This document shows positions 50,401 to 57,309 of a DNA stretch of 64,000 nucleotides, piece after piece. The stretch is taken from assembly GCA_048128005.1 (NCBI GenBank), contig JBEUKZ010000066.1:62001-126000 (forward strand), written 5' to 3'. The notes below the pieces were generated by a model. It ran no database searches and was not told where the DNA came from. It saw only the letters and a program-made list of their open reading frames with translations. The stretch's first letter is position 1; each line of letters starts with the position of its first letter. This DNA is from Veleropilina oligotropha (Eukaryota). The position numbers and the translations under genes are program-made.

Positions 50401-50944
50401 GTGTTGGCCAAATTTATTGATTTATAGTAATATGACTCTGTTAGAATAGTTACTAATGCTACTCAGTAACAATCAATTTTTGGAATTACTCTGTATTCCA
50501 ATTTAAAGCGTCATTCTTCTACTTGTAATGTTTGAATTGTGTTTGTGAACTACAATACAAATAATTATTACATTTCAAAATATATTGCTTTCTTCATGGT
50601 TAATCCAAGGTCCTAGAATATTATATATTACTGTGATTGCGTCTAAGAACTCCAGATGTTTTTGTTAATGTATGGCTACTATAGAATTGTGCAATATGTC
50701 ATGCGAGCCATATCACGGCTTTGACGTTTTAGTTGATCAGTTATGATTGCAATATTTCGGGCATGAATTCCATCATTGTCATTATGATGACGTTATATCT
50801 GTTATTTTTCAGCTGTTAAAACGACACATATTGTACTACAAAAATGTGAACGTCCAAGCAGAATATGGAATGGAGTTTTATTCCGATTTGCCACAGATTC
50901 GACAAACTTTACTGGACAGTGTCAAAGTGAGAGACATCAGTTGA
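2309..50944 (+). CDS. RPAP1: RNA polymerase II-associated protein 1 orthologue, 31 coding exons, ~1361 aa
   Basis: Phase-consistent exons join into one frame with recognisable RPAP1 motifs: [126 protein letters not shown]. Summed exon length is 4086 nt including the stop. Confidence 0.93.
2589..2844. mobile_element. hAT-like MITE
   Basis: TIR cagggctag / tagccctg; degenerate 8-bp TSD ataatata/ataatagt. Confidence 0.65.
2978..3103 (+). CDS. RPAP1: RPAP1 coding exon 2
   Basis: ttttcag|..LPSEAP..KKSRF..PEEKLD; donor A|gtaagc; phase 1-1. Confidence 0.85.
3381..3648 (+). mobile_element. tRNA-derived SINE family A
   Basis: A/B-box-like head, ggtttcctccc core, (CCT)n tail, TSD tcatacttcc. Confidence 0.88.
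4084..4124 (+). CDS. RPAP1: RPAP1 coding exon 3 (41 nt)
   Basis: tttacag|..[13 protein letters not shown]|gtaagt; phase 1-0. Confidence 0.85.
4363..5380 (+). mobile_element. 5'-truncated L2/CR1-group LINE (ORF2 C-terminus, 3'UTR, (TTA)n tail)
   Basis: ORF with [62 protein letters not shown]; tail 5360-5379. 5' boundary approximate. Confidence 0.92.
5543..6065. mobile_element. TA-TSD MITE inserted in an old SINE
   Basis: TA|ctgtaaacccctatattttagcg ... cgctaaaatatggggtttacag|TA. Confidence 0.85.
5629..5936. mobile_element. MITE family D, 8-bp TSD (hAT- or Merlin-like)
   Basis: ~35-bp TIR ggcgctctttcggtacttcccccacagctccggctt; TSD gcgatttt. Confidence 0.9.
6416..6524. repeat. 21-bp tandem repeat x5
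   Basis: gttctcccatgataatgtggt. Confidence 0.95.
6588..6917 (+). mobile_element. SINE family B (CORE-like, (TTA)n tail)
   Basis: tggctcagtg head; ccttgggcaag..tgcctcggtccacccag; TTA tail. Confidence 0.8.
6964..7053 (+). CDS. RPAP1: RPAP1 coding exon 4
   Basis: ctgcag|[16 protein letters not shown]|gtaatt. Confidence 0.85.
7170..7326 (+). CDS. RPAP1: RPAP1 coding exon 5
   Basis: cttag|[16 protein letters not shown]...|gtacag. Confidence 0.8.
8156..8299 (+). CDS. RPAP1: RPAP1 coding exon 6 (RPAP1_N domain)
   Basis: tttag|..[29 protein letters not shown]|gtaaaa. Confidence 0.9.
8552..8689 (+). CDS. RPAP1: RPAP1 coding exon 7
   Basis: ttgcag|DPKLVEFLK...EVTI G|gtatta; phase 1 matches next exon. 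Confidence 0.8.
8718..10292 (+). mobile_element. HINE-like element with ~400-450-bp internal repeats, interrupted by SINE A
   Basis: Subterminal IR atgtctccc / gggagacat; tgacctttgacc-rich repeated units; ends ctagtt. Confidence 0.65.
8802..9031 (+). mobile_element. SINE family A (internal deletion in head)
   Basis: Similar to 3381 copy; TSD ttcttgtccaggc. Confidence 0.88.
10515..11937 (+). repeat. Two adjacent HINE-like elements: satellite-carrying ~10515-11640 and short ~11697-11937 (related to ~3215-3770)
   Basis: ttttatgcc start, gtcc microsatellite, aagatggccgcc-containing ~120-150-bp units, ggacacatttctagtt end. Confidence 0.65.
12195..12310 (+). CDS. RPAP1: RPAP1 coding exon 8
   Basis: tttag|..[27 protein letters not shown]..|gttagt. 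Confidence 0.9.
12630..12731 (+). CDS. RPAP1: RPAP1 coding exon 9
   Basis: ttttcag|[21 protein letters not shown]|gtcata. Confidence 0.9.
13257..13358 (+). CDS. RPAP1: RPAP1 coding exon 10 (RPAP1_C domain)
   Basis: tttcag|[34 protein letters not shown]|gtgcgt. Confidence 0.92.
13971..14138 (+). CDS. RPAP1: RPAP1 coding exon 11
   Basis: ttttcag|[24 protein letters not shown]|gtgaga. Confidence 0.9.
14415..16098 (+). mobile_element. Helentron-associated (HINE/DINE-like) element with ~170-bp tandem array
   Basis: 5' tataccc..gggggtat, (gtcc)n, ~170-bp repeats, 3' gggggtatg; paralog at 19672-21315. Confidence 0.75.
16099..16752 (+). mobile_element. Two head-to-tail SINE family B copies (~16099-16410, ~16414-16752)
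   Basis: Near-identical ~320-bp units with CORE-like ttgggcaag..tgcctcagt..aaatgggtacc and TTA tails. Confidence 0.85.
16797..16949 (+). CDS. RPAP1: RPAP1 coding exon 12
   Basis: ttgtag|[23 protein letters not shown]|gtgagt. Confidence 0.85.
17316..17453 (+). CDS. RPAP1: RPAP1 coding exon 13 (ends at apparent GG donor)
   Basis: tttag|[34 protein letters not shown]|ggaagt. Confidence 0.8.
17792..17861 (+). CDS. RPAP1: RPAP1 coding exon 14
   Basis: ttcttag|[24 protein letters not shown]|gtaata. Confidence 0.88.
18025..18290 (-). mobile_element. SINE family A
   Basis: Reverse complement of family A; TSD ttgtgaaaa. Confidence 0.88.
18611..18714 (+). CDS. RPAP1: RPAP1 coding exon 15
   Basis: ccgcag|..[26 protein letters not shown]|gttagt. 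Confidence 0.88.
19181..19236 (+). CDS. RPAP1: RPAP1 coding exon 16
   Basis: aaacag|[20 protein letters not shown]|gtaatg. Confidence 0.82.
19451..19640 (+). mobile_element. tRNA-derived SINE family C
   Basis: tagctcaattggttagagc head; body aaactaatagatggcatatccct shared with 34360-34580 and 55045-55260. Confidence 0.8.
19672..21315 (+). mobile_element. HINE-like element, same family as 14415-16098
   Basis: Same termini, (gtcc)n/(gtct)n, tandem ~170-bp units. Confidence 0.75.
21629..21821. mobile_element. PIF/Harbinger (Tourist-like) MITE
   Basis: TAA|gggatattccagtaaaata ... tattttactggaataaccc|TAA. Confidence 0.8.
21953..22054 (+). CDS. RPAP1: RPAP1 coding exon 17
   Basis: ttttttcag|..[27 protein letters not shown]..|gtgagc; phase 2-2. 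Confidence 0.88.
22388..22620 (+). repeat. DIRS left inverted terminal repeat
   Basis: Reverse complement of ~29576-29808; one substitution seen by eye in the core. Confidence 0.95.
23380..25548 (+). CDS. DIRS ORF1 (gag-like) with N-terminal Cys/His zinc-finger-like cluster
   Basis: First ATG at 23380 (frame open from 23332): [22 protein letters not shown]; Pro/Ser-rich middle; basic C-terminus; lies upstream of RT. Confidence 0.85.
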   Translation: MVRCSSARCKRRLVEDDNHDACIVHRGCNSAFPCSTCQEWTPAEWLKFGPPKQSPPVTKGPGAVGTKASRSKKRTSTATTTSSVQGEPELCTVTTACTVPIPAPVIQVCTSSIGMGLTSAATCTLPATQIHRTVHSSSQGRNGHPFLSASRESGPTSPSVTGYGSLLSVPDPVKVGRDSVDPSGETSRPPMKPDSFPSIPLGYTIAGDPDAQNEFRGPLPIWPQANLGNEDASAVSEKGPGILAVPSPEWVQDDSLWSLASRSSGTMSMPTAQYMGIQHPAGVEPWSRLLPANTARRPSATVTSQGPQAVGPTPSLPPGFTLESIRAMVMEACDSRYRNWNVSGQSRIPDTLPVAQSRTPTAMEVDSHTRDENASTDRSDEPESVGSDDDPLESLSEIRESPSAARRNFEVLSNLRGVLDLPIPDTLGNSRSGHGRAMSRLPGVDTVPVCSLPQSELINYALDVVDRDIQGKPTESSSLTRHPGGLKRGKYLRPGKKTSPFTLAEPCLGAAPSSLNEDFSLLRRGSTPSAVNASWAALDAIESSARRALQYASVQDSFLEGAIAALQAGERYSRETVISFLREVARAMEVSTLETARIMGNTTLLRRDACLEGIALEDVSRRTLRNVPIQERTLFGDKFGEFIKKRATDLQFRAIEKAATNPVPRVRTADSKKRAASAGTSRQGPSKRARRQHKSRAPAGQSKPPAPPARSRQSGRGKKPRP
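25592..27622 (+). CDS. DIRS ORF2: reverse transcriptase / RNase H / Dam-like methyltransferase domain
   Basis: [40 protein letters not shown]; RNaseH LFTDAS..GWGA, HINFLEL, SDNTT, HIPG..N..ADSLSR; MT-like [20 protein letters not shown]. True start uncertain. Confidence 0.95.
   Translation: MGACLALSSQTWPTVTDSSWVLSVVSAGYKLAFDRQPPLAEAPPFPRSRHLSRDRQRVIDEEVRDLLRKEAIYPCPPNTPGFYSHIFLVPKSDGRWRPILDLSHLNRYIRIEKFQQETVSKIRTAIRRGDWATSIDLSDAYLHVPMHGSAHRYLRFIHGARTYQFRCLPFGLSSAPYVFTRVVQALGAFLHSHGHRVHMYLDDWLILGDSRSNCQQSLDFTLSITERLGFQVNNQKSCFEPSTTFTFLGVDFDTVAYTAKATDKRIRNLQGTIRALTQQSQASARQVNTVLGHLESVARLLPTGQMDKRLLQREFRDRWQQRTGQWEDAIVLGCWFQTATQIWLRHELPFITVPISPPEPNAFLFTDASNEGWGAHLDSHEASGLWTLEDRRHHINFLELQAVYLAVQSFSPYLWQREILAASDNTTVVAYIQHQGGTHSALLSARAIDLTRLVMSLGSSLRARHIPGRQNVRADSLSRKTQVIQTEWTLHQNVVRKVCRRWSQPLVDLFATEFNYRLPLYVSPYPDPAAYAIDALSISWENLIAYAFPPFPLIGNVLSKIACAPCEIILIAPLWPSQSWFPYLLDLLIDSPVPLPQRTDLLYQPRSRKLHENPLSLGLHAWRLSSVPSLREVFLRALPDVCTDQDGHPRPESMTTDGHGTWIGVTDGKSIFSARL
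25600..28521 (+). CDS. DIRS ORF3: tyrosine recombinase; long N-terminal part overlaps ORF2 in another frame
   Basis: C-terminal ~350 aa has integrase-family motifs [38 protein letters not shown]. Confidence 0.93.
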   Translation: MPCTVKPDVADSDRQQLGPLSRECRIQTSIRPATAPSRGTTFSAFTPPLKRPATRDRRGGKGLASQRSHISLPPQYTRVLQPHIPGTQVRWPVATDPGSVTSQPVYTYREIPAGDCLQDTYGHQTGRLGNVYRSVRRIPTCADARLSTQVSSVYPRGEDLSVSVSTVRSFIRPVRLHESGTGPRSLPTLPRAQGPHVSRRLADSRGLPIELPTVTRFHPVHHGAPRFSGQQPEILLRALDDVHVPRSRLRHGSIYREGHRQTYKEPAGHNSRTDSTVASVCPSGEHCPWTLGVSSSSTADRSDGQTSVAAGVSRPLAATDGTVGGRYSSRVLVSDSNSNLVATRTALHYGSDLPARTERVPIYGRFERRLGGAPRQSRGVGSMDPGRPPSPHKLSRVTSGVPGSPILLALPLAERNSRCIGQYDCRSVHSAPGRYSLGTPFSPSDRSYPPSDVTRIVPTSPTHPGQTECQSGLALTENTGHTDRVDTTPECSTEGLPPVVATPSRLVCHGVQLPTPSVCLSLPRSSSVCHRRAVDQLGEPDRIRLPSVPLDRERSEQDSVCPLRNYTNSTAMAIAVMVSVPPRSPDRLTGTAPAADRPALPATVTQAPRKPAQPRLTRLEAIECALTKRGFSKSIARRVYRSRRPSTTRVYDYRWSRYVDWCYRRKIDFLRPSVTNIADYLQCLFERGLSVSAIKGYRTTVATTLHQCRSSSNFSNDRTLSYLIHSFELERPILSRRLPAWSISLVLHALLRPPYEPLGSSSLKYLTHKVVFLIALASGRRRSEVHALASEPTAIRFQSDGSVLLRPVPGFLAKNQPVNATAPDIVIPKLSLAGPADLDRLNCPVRALKFYLRRTEGLRNGKKRLFISYLPSHTGDVSRVTISRWIAQTVKDIYKASSEETRTLTTVRAHEVRAIAASLNFQHSVNMAQLMSAAYWRSPDVFIKHYLREFSTGMDDIHTLQCVAAQRAIVIGH
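28709..28898. mobile_element. Tourist-like MITE nested in the DIRS 3' non-coding region
   Basis: TTA|gggctgttccagaaaaatc ... gatttttctggaacagccc|TTA. Confidence 0.88.
29409..29497. repeat. DIRS internal complementary region (ICR)
   Basis: ttggcaagggtaccatcgtaagtcatatgtaatatata pairs with the left end; accaagaattctttaattctagtatttattaatatacttacgatggtaccc pairs with the right end. Confidence 0.95.
29576..29808 (-). repeat. DIRS right inverted terminal repeat
   Basis: Reverse complement of left ITR; followed by a 3' extension 29809-29843. Confidence 0.95.
29855..30301. mobile_element. Kolobok-like MITE
   Basis: TTAA|agagactattg ... caatagtctct|TTAA. Confidence 0.8.
30330..30494 (+). CDS. RPAP1: RPAP1 coding exon 18
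   Basis: tttttag|..[15 protein letters not shown]|gtaatc. Confidence 0.82.
30904..31042 (+). CDS. RPAP1: RPAP1 coding exon 19
   Basis: tttcag|..[19 protein letters not shown]|gtgagc. Confidence 0.85.
31570..34303. mobile_element. Degenerate Tc1/pogo-like element containing nested satellite arrays (~32030-33295)
   Basis: Imperfect TIR gacagcctcgatataacg / tgctatgccgaggctgtc. Confidence 0.5.
34360..34580 (-). mobile_element. SINE family C
   Basis: Reverse complement of the 19451 family. Confidence 0.8.
34663..34734 (+). CDS. RPAP1: RPAP1 coding exon 20
   Basis: ttttttcag|[24 protein letters not shown]|gtattt. Confidence 0.8.
35133..35242 (+). CDS. RPAP1: RPAP1 coding exon 21
   Basis: ccccag|[22 protein letters not shown]|gtaaac. 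Confidence 0.8.
36396..36591 (+). CDS. RPAP1: RPAP1 coding exon 22 (3' end 36591 with GC donor, or 36579 with weak GT donor)
   Basis: ttgcag|..[32 protein letters not shown]|gcaaga. Confidence 0.75.
37484..37633 (+). CDS. RPAP1: RPAP1 coding exon 23
   Basis: attcag|[28 protein letters not shown]|gtgaga. Confidence 0.85.
38892..39016 (+). CDS. RPAP1: RPAP1 coding exon 24
   Basis: tttcag|[37 protein letters not shown]|gtaagt. Confidence 0.88.
39285..39352. repeat. 21-bp tandem repeat x3
   Basis: actgacctactgcatatgcgc. Confidence 0.9.
39662..39862 (+). CDS. RPAP1: RPAP1 coding exon 25
   Basis: gtgtag|..[17 protein letters not shown]|gtacat. Confidence 0.82.
40194..40319 (+). CDS. RPAP1: RPAP1 coding exon 26
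   Basis: taag|..[20 protein letters not shown]..|gtgagt; AAG acceptor, so the 5' boundary is less certain. Confidence 0.8.
40845..41008 (+). CDS. RPAP1: RPAP1 coding exon 27
   Basis: tttcag|..[21 protein letters not shown]|gtaata. Confidence 0.88.
41168..41600. repeat. Repeat with ~160-bp tandem duplication and (CA)n, possibly Helitron-derived
   Basis: 41272-41430 repeated at 41433-41600. Confidence 0.6.
41794..43002. mobile_element. Kolobok-like non-autonomous DNA transposon
   Basis: TTAA flanks; imperfect TIR gggaagacaccc..caatgtaaaataaccta / taggttattttacattg..gggatgtctgcct. Confidence 0.75.
42027..42360. mobile_element. MITE family D, second copy
   Basis: Near-identical to 5629-5936; TSD aacaagcc. 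Confidence 0.9.
43120..43940 (+). repeat. HINE-like element with gacatagaaattttggttaaag satellite (family also near 10515, 48275-50730, 60335-60800)
   Basis: ttatcccccgcc start, cgtcc microsatellite, ~150-180-bp units. Confidence 0.6.
44061..45176 (+). mobile_element. ~1.1-kb non-coding element with a long terminal hairpin
   Basis: Inverted paralog at 62057-63078; hairpin ~44067-44228. Confidence 0.75.
45219..45351 (+). CDS. RPAP1: RPAP1 coding exon 28
   Basis: ttacag|..[26 protein letters not shown]|gtaagt. Confidence 0.9.
45673..45934 (-). mobile_element. SINE family A
   Basis: Reverse complement of family A; 15-bp TSD cactgagttcctgag. Confidence 0.9.
46358..46543 (-). mobile_element. 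SINE family A, partial
   Basis: Similar to the family A body. Confidence 0.75.
46988..47153 (+). CDS. RPAP1: RPAP1 coding exon 29
   Basis: ttacag|..[31 protein letters not shown]..|gtgaga. Confidence 0.92.
47698..47922 (+). CDS. RPAP1: RPAP1 coding exon 30
   Basis: tcacag|[34 protein letters not shown]|gtgggt. Confidence 0.92.
48686..49281 (-). mobile_element. Mutator/MULE-like non-autonomous element
   Basis: ~60-bp TIRs ggaagtggctatagaaccgg...; 9-bp TSD taaagtttt; internal ORF remnant 49000-49185. Confidence 0.88.
50813..50944 (+). CDS. RPAP1: RPAP1 last coding exon (31)
   Basis: tttttcag|[28 protein letters not shown]. Confidence 0.85.
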   Translation: MLKRHILYYKNVNVQAEYGMEFYSDLPQIRQTLLDSVKVRDIS

Positions 50945-52039
50945 CCATTGACATAAATGGGTCTACCTGACGTGATGAACGTGTTTTGGTTTTCCATCAA
51001 AGACTAGCCATCCGTCAAGATAATGGTGGTATGTGCATACCAGACAACGAAGAAAGATGATGCCATGCCTACAATATGCGAGGTCATCCAGTAGTGTAGT
51101 GGTTTGGAATGTGAGTTGGGGAGTTTGATTCACAGGAGTTTAATCGAATTCTCGGATGAGCACTTTTTGTTAACAGTCACAGTTGTCCATAACTTGTCGT
51201 GTGAGTGTATTTTCCAGTCAACCACTGCAGGCTTTGTTTCAGCGATAATATGGACAAGCTCTAGTATGATCATGCAGGGTGTTAAATGGGAAACATTGCA
51301 TCGATACTAACTGATCAATAATTGCAATATGCTGAACTTACTATAATGGGAATTATTACACAAATGGCATAACTTTTTTATTTTCATTGTAATATACTAG
51401 TACTGATCATCCATAAACAATCACATATGAGTTTAAATGTCTTAATTAAAAAAATCATTGTGTACATTCTAGTTTTAATCATTGTACATACATTAAAATA
51501 TAAATAGTGCTACTGTAAAATTTAAGGTGTTGTTTTCACTTCACGTGACTATCTTATCTTTCCCTAGCTGATGGGCCACCCAGTTAGTCGTGTGGTCTGA
51601 AATCATTGGCTCAATTGCGCTAACTAACAGGAGTGGGTTCGAATCACGGTTTGAGCATGGCATTCTTTGTTCAGTTATCATTCGCAGTTGTCCGGAACTG
51701 CCCGGAGGGGACGGGTTTCCAATGGCAACCTGGCTATCCTCCCGTGATAATATGGACATGTCCTGATTTGAACCTAATCCAATCTAATCCCTCGATGATG
51801 TTGACATCACTGTTATCCTAGTGGATATGAGATCAGACTCTGAATCTACTCGTTTGACTGCTCTATCTAGCAGGAGTGCGTTTGAATCATCAGCGGAACA
51901 TTCTGTGTTCATTTAACTGTCACAATTGTCCGTAACTGGTCGGTCAGGCTGGACATTCCTCCTGCAATAATATGGACATGTCCTGGTACGAACCTGAAGG
52001 TTGTTATAAAGGAGATATTAAGCAATGATCCAAAATTAA

Positions 52040-52760
52040 ACAAGACGTGTGGGAGCCACACATTATCCCATTGGGTTTGTCGTAATTGATGGAGTGTACA
52101 TGTTTAAGTTGATAAAGGGGAATAACTGTGCACATACTGGGCAAAATTTAACATGACTCACTGTCTTTTATTTGCAACACAGTCACATGATGCGAACAAT
52201 ATCTGATGCGAGGTTATGAAGATAATTCACGGAAACTAAATATTTATGTCGGAAAAGGGAAAGTTTATGTCGAAAAAGGGGGATAATATTGCAAATACTC
52301 GGCAGAATAATCTGAAATTCAATAGCAACCTAGTTTATGTCCCAATAAACCTGCATACCAAATTTGAATTCCCTAGCTGTTACGGTTTTCCTGATATCGT
52401 GTTGATATCGTCCGAAACGGAAATTTTATGTTGAACAAGGGGGATAACTGTGCAAATATTTGGCAGAATAATCTGAAATTCAATAGCGACCTAGTTTATG
52501 ACCCAATAAACCTGCATACCAAATTCGAATTCCCTAGCTGCTACGGTTTTCCTGATATCCTGTTCACGTCGTCCGAAATAGAAACTTTGTCGAAAAAGGG
52601 GGATAACTGTGGAAATATTTGGCGGAATAATGTGAAATTCAATAGCAACCTAGTTTATGTCCCAATAAACCTGCATACCAAATTTAAATTCCCTAGCTGG
52701 TACGGTTTTCCTGATATCGTGTTCACGTCATCCAGACGGACGGACGGCCCACGTGATGAC
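52040..52760 (-). repeat. HINE-like element with three ~160-170-bp tandem units
   Basis: Units near 52260, 52430 and 52590; (gacg)n at 52735-52747. Confidence 0.7.
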
Positions 52761-52799
52761 ATAATATATATGTTGCTGGTGGTGAATGTATTCTGAAAG

Positions 52800-53680
52800 G
52801 AAGAAGGTAATATTTCAGGGTATTATCAGGGATGTGATCTTTGACCACTTCTTTGTGGCCTGCTTATAAATGTTCTTCGTGGAATTGCAAACGATTCATC
52901 ATAGAATAAGCTTTACTGATGATTCCAAATTCTTCTCAACCCTGCTGTACATTGAGCATGTTTAAAGAATTAAAAAGGATCTGGACATACTTATGAATTA
53001 GTTCTCATCTTTGCACCTGCAGGATAATGATTACTGCTCTTAAGGAGCGGAAAAACAATGGTGTTCCCTTAGGATGTGTAATACGTGTTAAAAACATACA
53101 TTCAAATGATAGACCTCAGATATATGCCGCCGTGGCTTTGTGGTAGTTCACTGGCCTCGCGTCGAGAGATTTGGGGTTCAATCCCTGATCCCGGAAAATT
53201 TCCTTGGGCAAGGAATTGAGCATATATGTGCCTCAGTTCACCCAGCCGATCTGATATATAATTGGGTACCTGGTTGGCAGTGACAGAATTGTCAGAGTGA
53301 CAGGTCAAGCGCCTAGCAGGCATGTACTTGACCGTAATACTCTCAGAGAGAGTTGAGGAGTATGGAATGAACAAGCCAATAACCAGAGAATAATAATGTA
53401 AGCACTTCGAGCATGCAAATCGATCACATTATTATTATTAACCATTCTTAGACGAAACAGTTGTACCTATACTATAAAAATTCATGGTAGGACCTCGCCT
53501 TCAGTACGGCAGTGAAACATGAGATCCAAGATGCGTATAAATAAACGGCGATCAAAATATTTCAAATTGTTTTAACGGTTCTTCCATGACAGAATCGACT
53601 ACTAAATGCATGGTTTAGCACCTGTGGAATTCGGAAGGCATCCAAGAGACAATATGCATGATAACGGCGTTCAAAATTAA
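52800..53680 (+). pseudogene. Highly degraded CR1-like LINE RT remnant
   Basis: FTDDSK-like motif at ~52912; MVGPRLQYGS (VRP.LEY-like) at ~53484. Confidence 0.45.
53125..53440 (+). mobile_element. SINE family B-related copy inside a CR1 remnant
   Basis: gccgccgtggc head, ccttgggcaag, cctcagttcacccagccgatc, TTA tail. Confidence 0.75.
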
Positions 53681-53759
53681 GGACATGTTAGGCAGATTAG
53701 ACTCATTCACAAAATATAAGCAAACGGTATGCTTGTTTGGCAATGCTTACTTTACTGAA

Positions 53760-56700
53760 GATGCCCTAGAATGGTGGATGATGTCAATCTGAGCAGTTGG
53801 GTCACTAAGTCATAGTCGAGTACCTTCAGAGAATGTAGCCAGTAATGGTCATGATCTGCCGCTTTTGGCACCAACCACACCATTTTGCTCAGGGGCAGTT
53901 CAGGATGTCTCGCACAGTGTCCGTTGGATCTTGGCCACGTTGATCAAATCTTCATTCCGAAGATGGGAATAGTTTTCATTGAGCTCTGCATTTGTTGTGT
54001 ATCTCGACCAGTGTGTCTGCTTCATGTTCCTGGGGCACTCGTGAGTAGGCGCCATTTAACTTCTGCTAGAGCTGCTTGATTAGCATCCAGGCTTCGCATT
54101 AGTAAAGCAGGACGAACTCCACCATGGCACTAAAGAAGCTGACTTTTAATCAATCTGCGATTTGATATTTTCAAACATTTCTCATGGAATTCAGGGTTTG
54201 CCATGCAAGGACTATTAAGACTCTCGATGTCATGTCCACCCAAGAGTCGAGGTATTTGAAGTCGCTGACCCATTCCAAATTGGAGTCATTCCTGGGGCCT
54301 CGTTTCACTTACCATTTGTAACTACGAGTGGCTAGCAAGTCGATATATGAACATATGAATGACTCGATAACTTAATTTCCCAAGTTCTTTTCATCAAGTT
54401 CCTGTCATCCGTAAGTAATGAAAGGTTAATGAAATGAGGCCCTTGCCACACAGCACACTTCTCTTCGATTACGAGAAGCACTTGTTGACTCGGCTCGATC
54501 TCGTCGTAGATGAGTGCTATATCATCCTCTGTTTTTAGATGTTTTTCTGGTAAGAGCGTTGGAGTCCGATAGGATGCCCAAGATTTTTCAGAGACATCTC
54601 ATATGATAGGCATTCGAATTTGTCTCCCATGTAACAATGTTATCCATGTTTCACTAACATAAAATTTTATGAGAGTGCTGATGATGCAGGCCATGTAAGA
54701 GCTTTAACTTGTGTTTAGTGTCAGGTTTTGTTCCCCCAAACTCGCCTGGTGAGTTGGTACATCACGGTAGCTGATCGTCAGTTACCGATTCGTGCATTCA
54801 TTGCAGCGTTAGAGACATTGTTGGTTATGAGTAAGCGGAGACATCTGAATGTTCCCACGACTTTGAGCGTGGAGCCATTAACATAAATGGAAGGAGCATG
54901 ATTTCTGTAGGCTGAGGATTAGGGAAAATTCTGTGCATGCGAGGAAGGCTGTCAGGTGTGTGACTAATAAGAGCGGAATCATCTGAAAACACCATCTCCC
55001 CGAAATTGCTGCATGTTACTAGTATTTAGTCTTCGATAACAACATTGTTTTTTTACGACCACTTTTAGCAATTTTTGAGCTGTGTCGTAGTCGGGACACC
55101 CGGTTTAAGGTCTCGCTCTGATGTGACCGACATGCATTAGGGATATGCCATCTATTAGTTTTAAGCGTTAGAATAGCCACGTCGGATCAGTGGTTTGAAC
55201 CCACATCCTACCGTCCCACTTATCGTTTGTCCGACGCTCTAACCAGTTTAGCTGTCGTGGGCAGTTATATTTAGTCTTGATACACATGCAGTTACACCAC
55301 CGTATCGAGTGTGAATGTATATTGTATGCACCGTCAGAGGAGGCATAAAAAGCGTAGATCAGGAGAATTAAGAAAAAGACGCCAAAGTGGATATGAGCGA
55401 GCAAGCCAGCTTGCCCCCATTTATGTTTGGATTTGTTGCCGATGTTTTCCTTTAATAGCTTGAAGGGGCCTTTTTAGATCGACTAACGCAATGTACTGTG
55501 GTTGTCGCTGTTTCGTGCACTTTTCTTGAATTGTCTCAAAGATAAGATCATGTCAATGTTGAACCTGTCTGGTTAAATGTCGCACTGTGCTTCTTGGTAA
55601 CGCATGCATTCTAGCGAACACATTTTCAATGATGATATGGGATATCGCAGGTATAGTACAGTTACAGTCACTGCAGACACTCTTATTCTTGGACAGGCTC
55701 CTCAATTACTGGTAGGGTTGGAATGCTACTCTGGGCTTCTTCCGAGATTGTATTCCCTGTGGAGTACAGTTTCAGGATGTGTTCTACCCACCTTGTCATC
55801 AGTTGAATGCGGTCTGACATGACCTCATCAGATTTTTGGACCGGTGGCCCGTTTGATGCCTTCGTACGTGGCCTTGATTTTGCAAGTGGAAGAGGCACGT
55901 TCAATGGAGAAGCATACACATATAACGACTATACCGTACATTTCCTGGCTATCTTTTGGCAATTACCCCTAGATTCCCCCAGTCAGTTTATATATTGCTG
56001 GGTTTGATCTTTCTCCTATTTTATGGGATATCGTCTTTTGACTTGTGTTGCATGTTCCATCGCTTGGAGATTGGCTTCATGCCGATCAACTTTTCCCTTT
56101 TCTCAAATGCCTCTGTACCATCTAGCTTCTGCAGATACACCAGCATCATTTGGAGCAATATCATTGATGATGGAAACGAACTTGTTGTTTTTTCTGTGTG
56201 TGTCAATAGAGCGATCTTAGGGAGACGTTTTGGCTTGCCATGATGGAACATTTTTGTCTGTATGACAACGTTGTTGGTGATGAGAGAATGACCACAGGCA
56301 GTGCGTTGTGAACAGTTTGGTGAAGGTTTTTCTGACAATAACAAGTTGGTGCCACTGGGAAGCATTCATGAGATTTTGTGGTTATGTTTGTTTGCTAAGT
56401 ACGTGGTTTGTAACGTAAATGTTTCTGGCACCACATGGTTTCAGTAATATCTGGCCGTTATATCGTTCATTTTACCTACACCGTTGTTTCCGATGTATGT
56501 AGACCAGACATAATACTTTGTGTTGACTCTTGTGTTGAAGTTTTCAAGCAATTCTTCTATGTGCGCATCTGTCTAATGAATTCATCGATCTGACTATAAA
56601 CATGGTCTTTTCATCATTGAGTTTAGAGTGTGAGCATAGGCAGTCTCAAGATTTAATGGCTATAGATCGTTGTTATAGTTCAAATGAAGACTTATATCAG

Positions 56701-57000
56701 CCGCCCAGTACCAACAGTAGATGGTATTATCATTGGTAATTAAAAGATATCTTTACTGCAAAACCAACGCCGTGCGATCGTCTGTCATATGGCCCTTTTC
56801 CTTTCCAGAAGATAGTGTACTGCTTCTCTAGCAATGACCCATTGGTCCATTGATGCGTGAAGTGTGTACGCTGTGTTTGTGGGCTTGTCACGCTGGCTAG
56901 CCTAGACAAAATGGAAGTCAAGACCGCACGTTTCCTCTGTTCACAACCTCTTTATAGAAAAGCCATATGTAGTGCCCCAAAGTTGGCGATCGATAAAACG
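53760..57000 (-). pseudogene. Degraded RTE-clade LINE (endonuclease + RT)
   Basis: Fragments YTIFWKGKG..HGVGFAV, RWVEH..LYS, EAQC..R..IDMILSLRQ, FKYL; many stops and frameshifts. Confidence 0.75.
55045..55260 (-). mobile_element. SINE family C inserted in the RTE remnant
   Basis: Closely similar to 34360-34580. Confidence 0.8.
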
Positions 57001-57309
57001 ATAATTTTACACCTCACCGACGTGCCCATGAACATACCCACAGGTATAGCATAAACTGGCCCACTGATTTGTGGAAAGCGATGCATCTGGTGGCTATAAT
57101 AATTAGCAATTTTTAGCATTTACAACTAGTATAAATACTGTCGGCATAATATAATGGTCTCTGATATTCTGCCAACATCCCCGGATTGAAACATGAAAAA
57201 TCGACGGCAACAAACCTCTGGAGCATTGGTGGGGTGAGAATCAAACGCTGAGGAGGGTTGATGATTGCACTGGCGACGCATGCCTGCAGCCAAAAACGGA
57301 CGACTCGGT

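Noticed and set aside
52246..52796. Repetitive ORFs (NLKFNS..PINLHTKF)
   Set aside because: Translations of tandem satellite units
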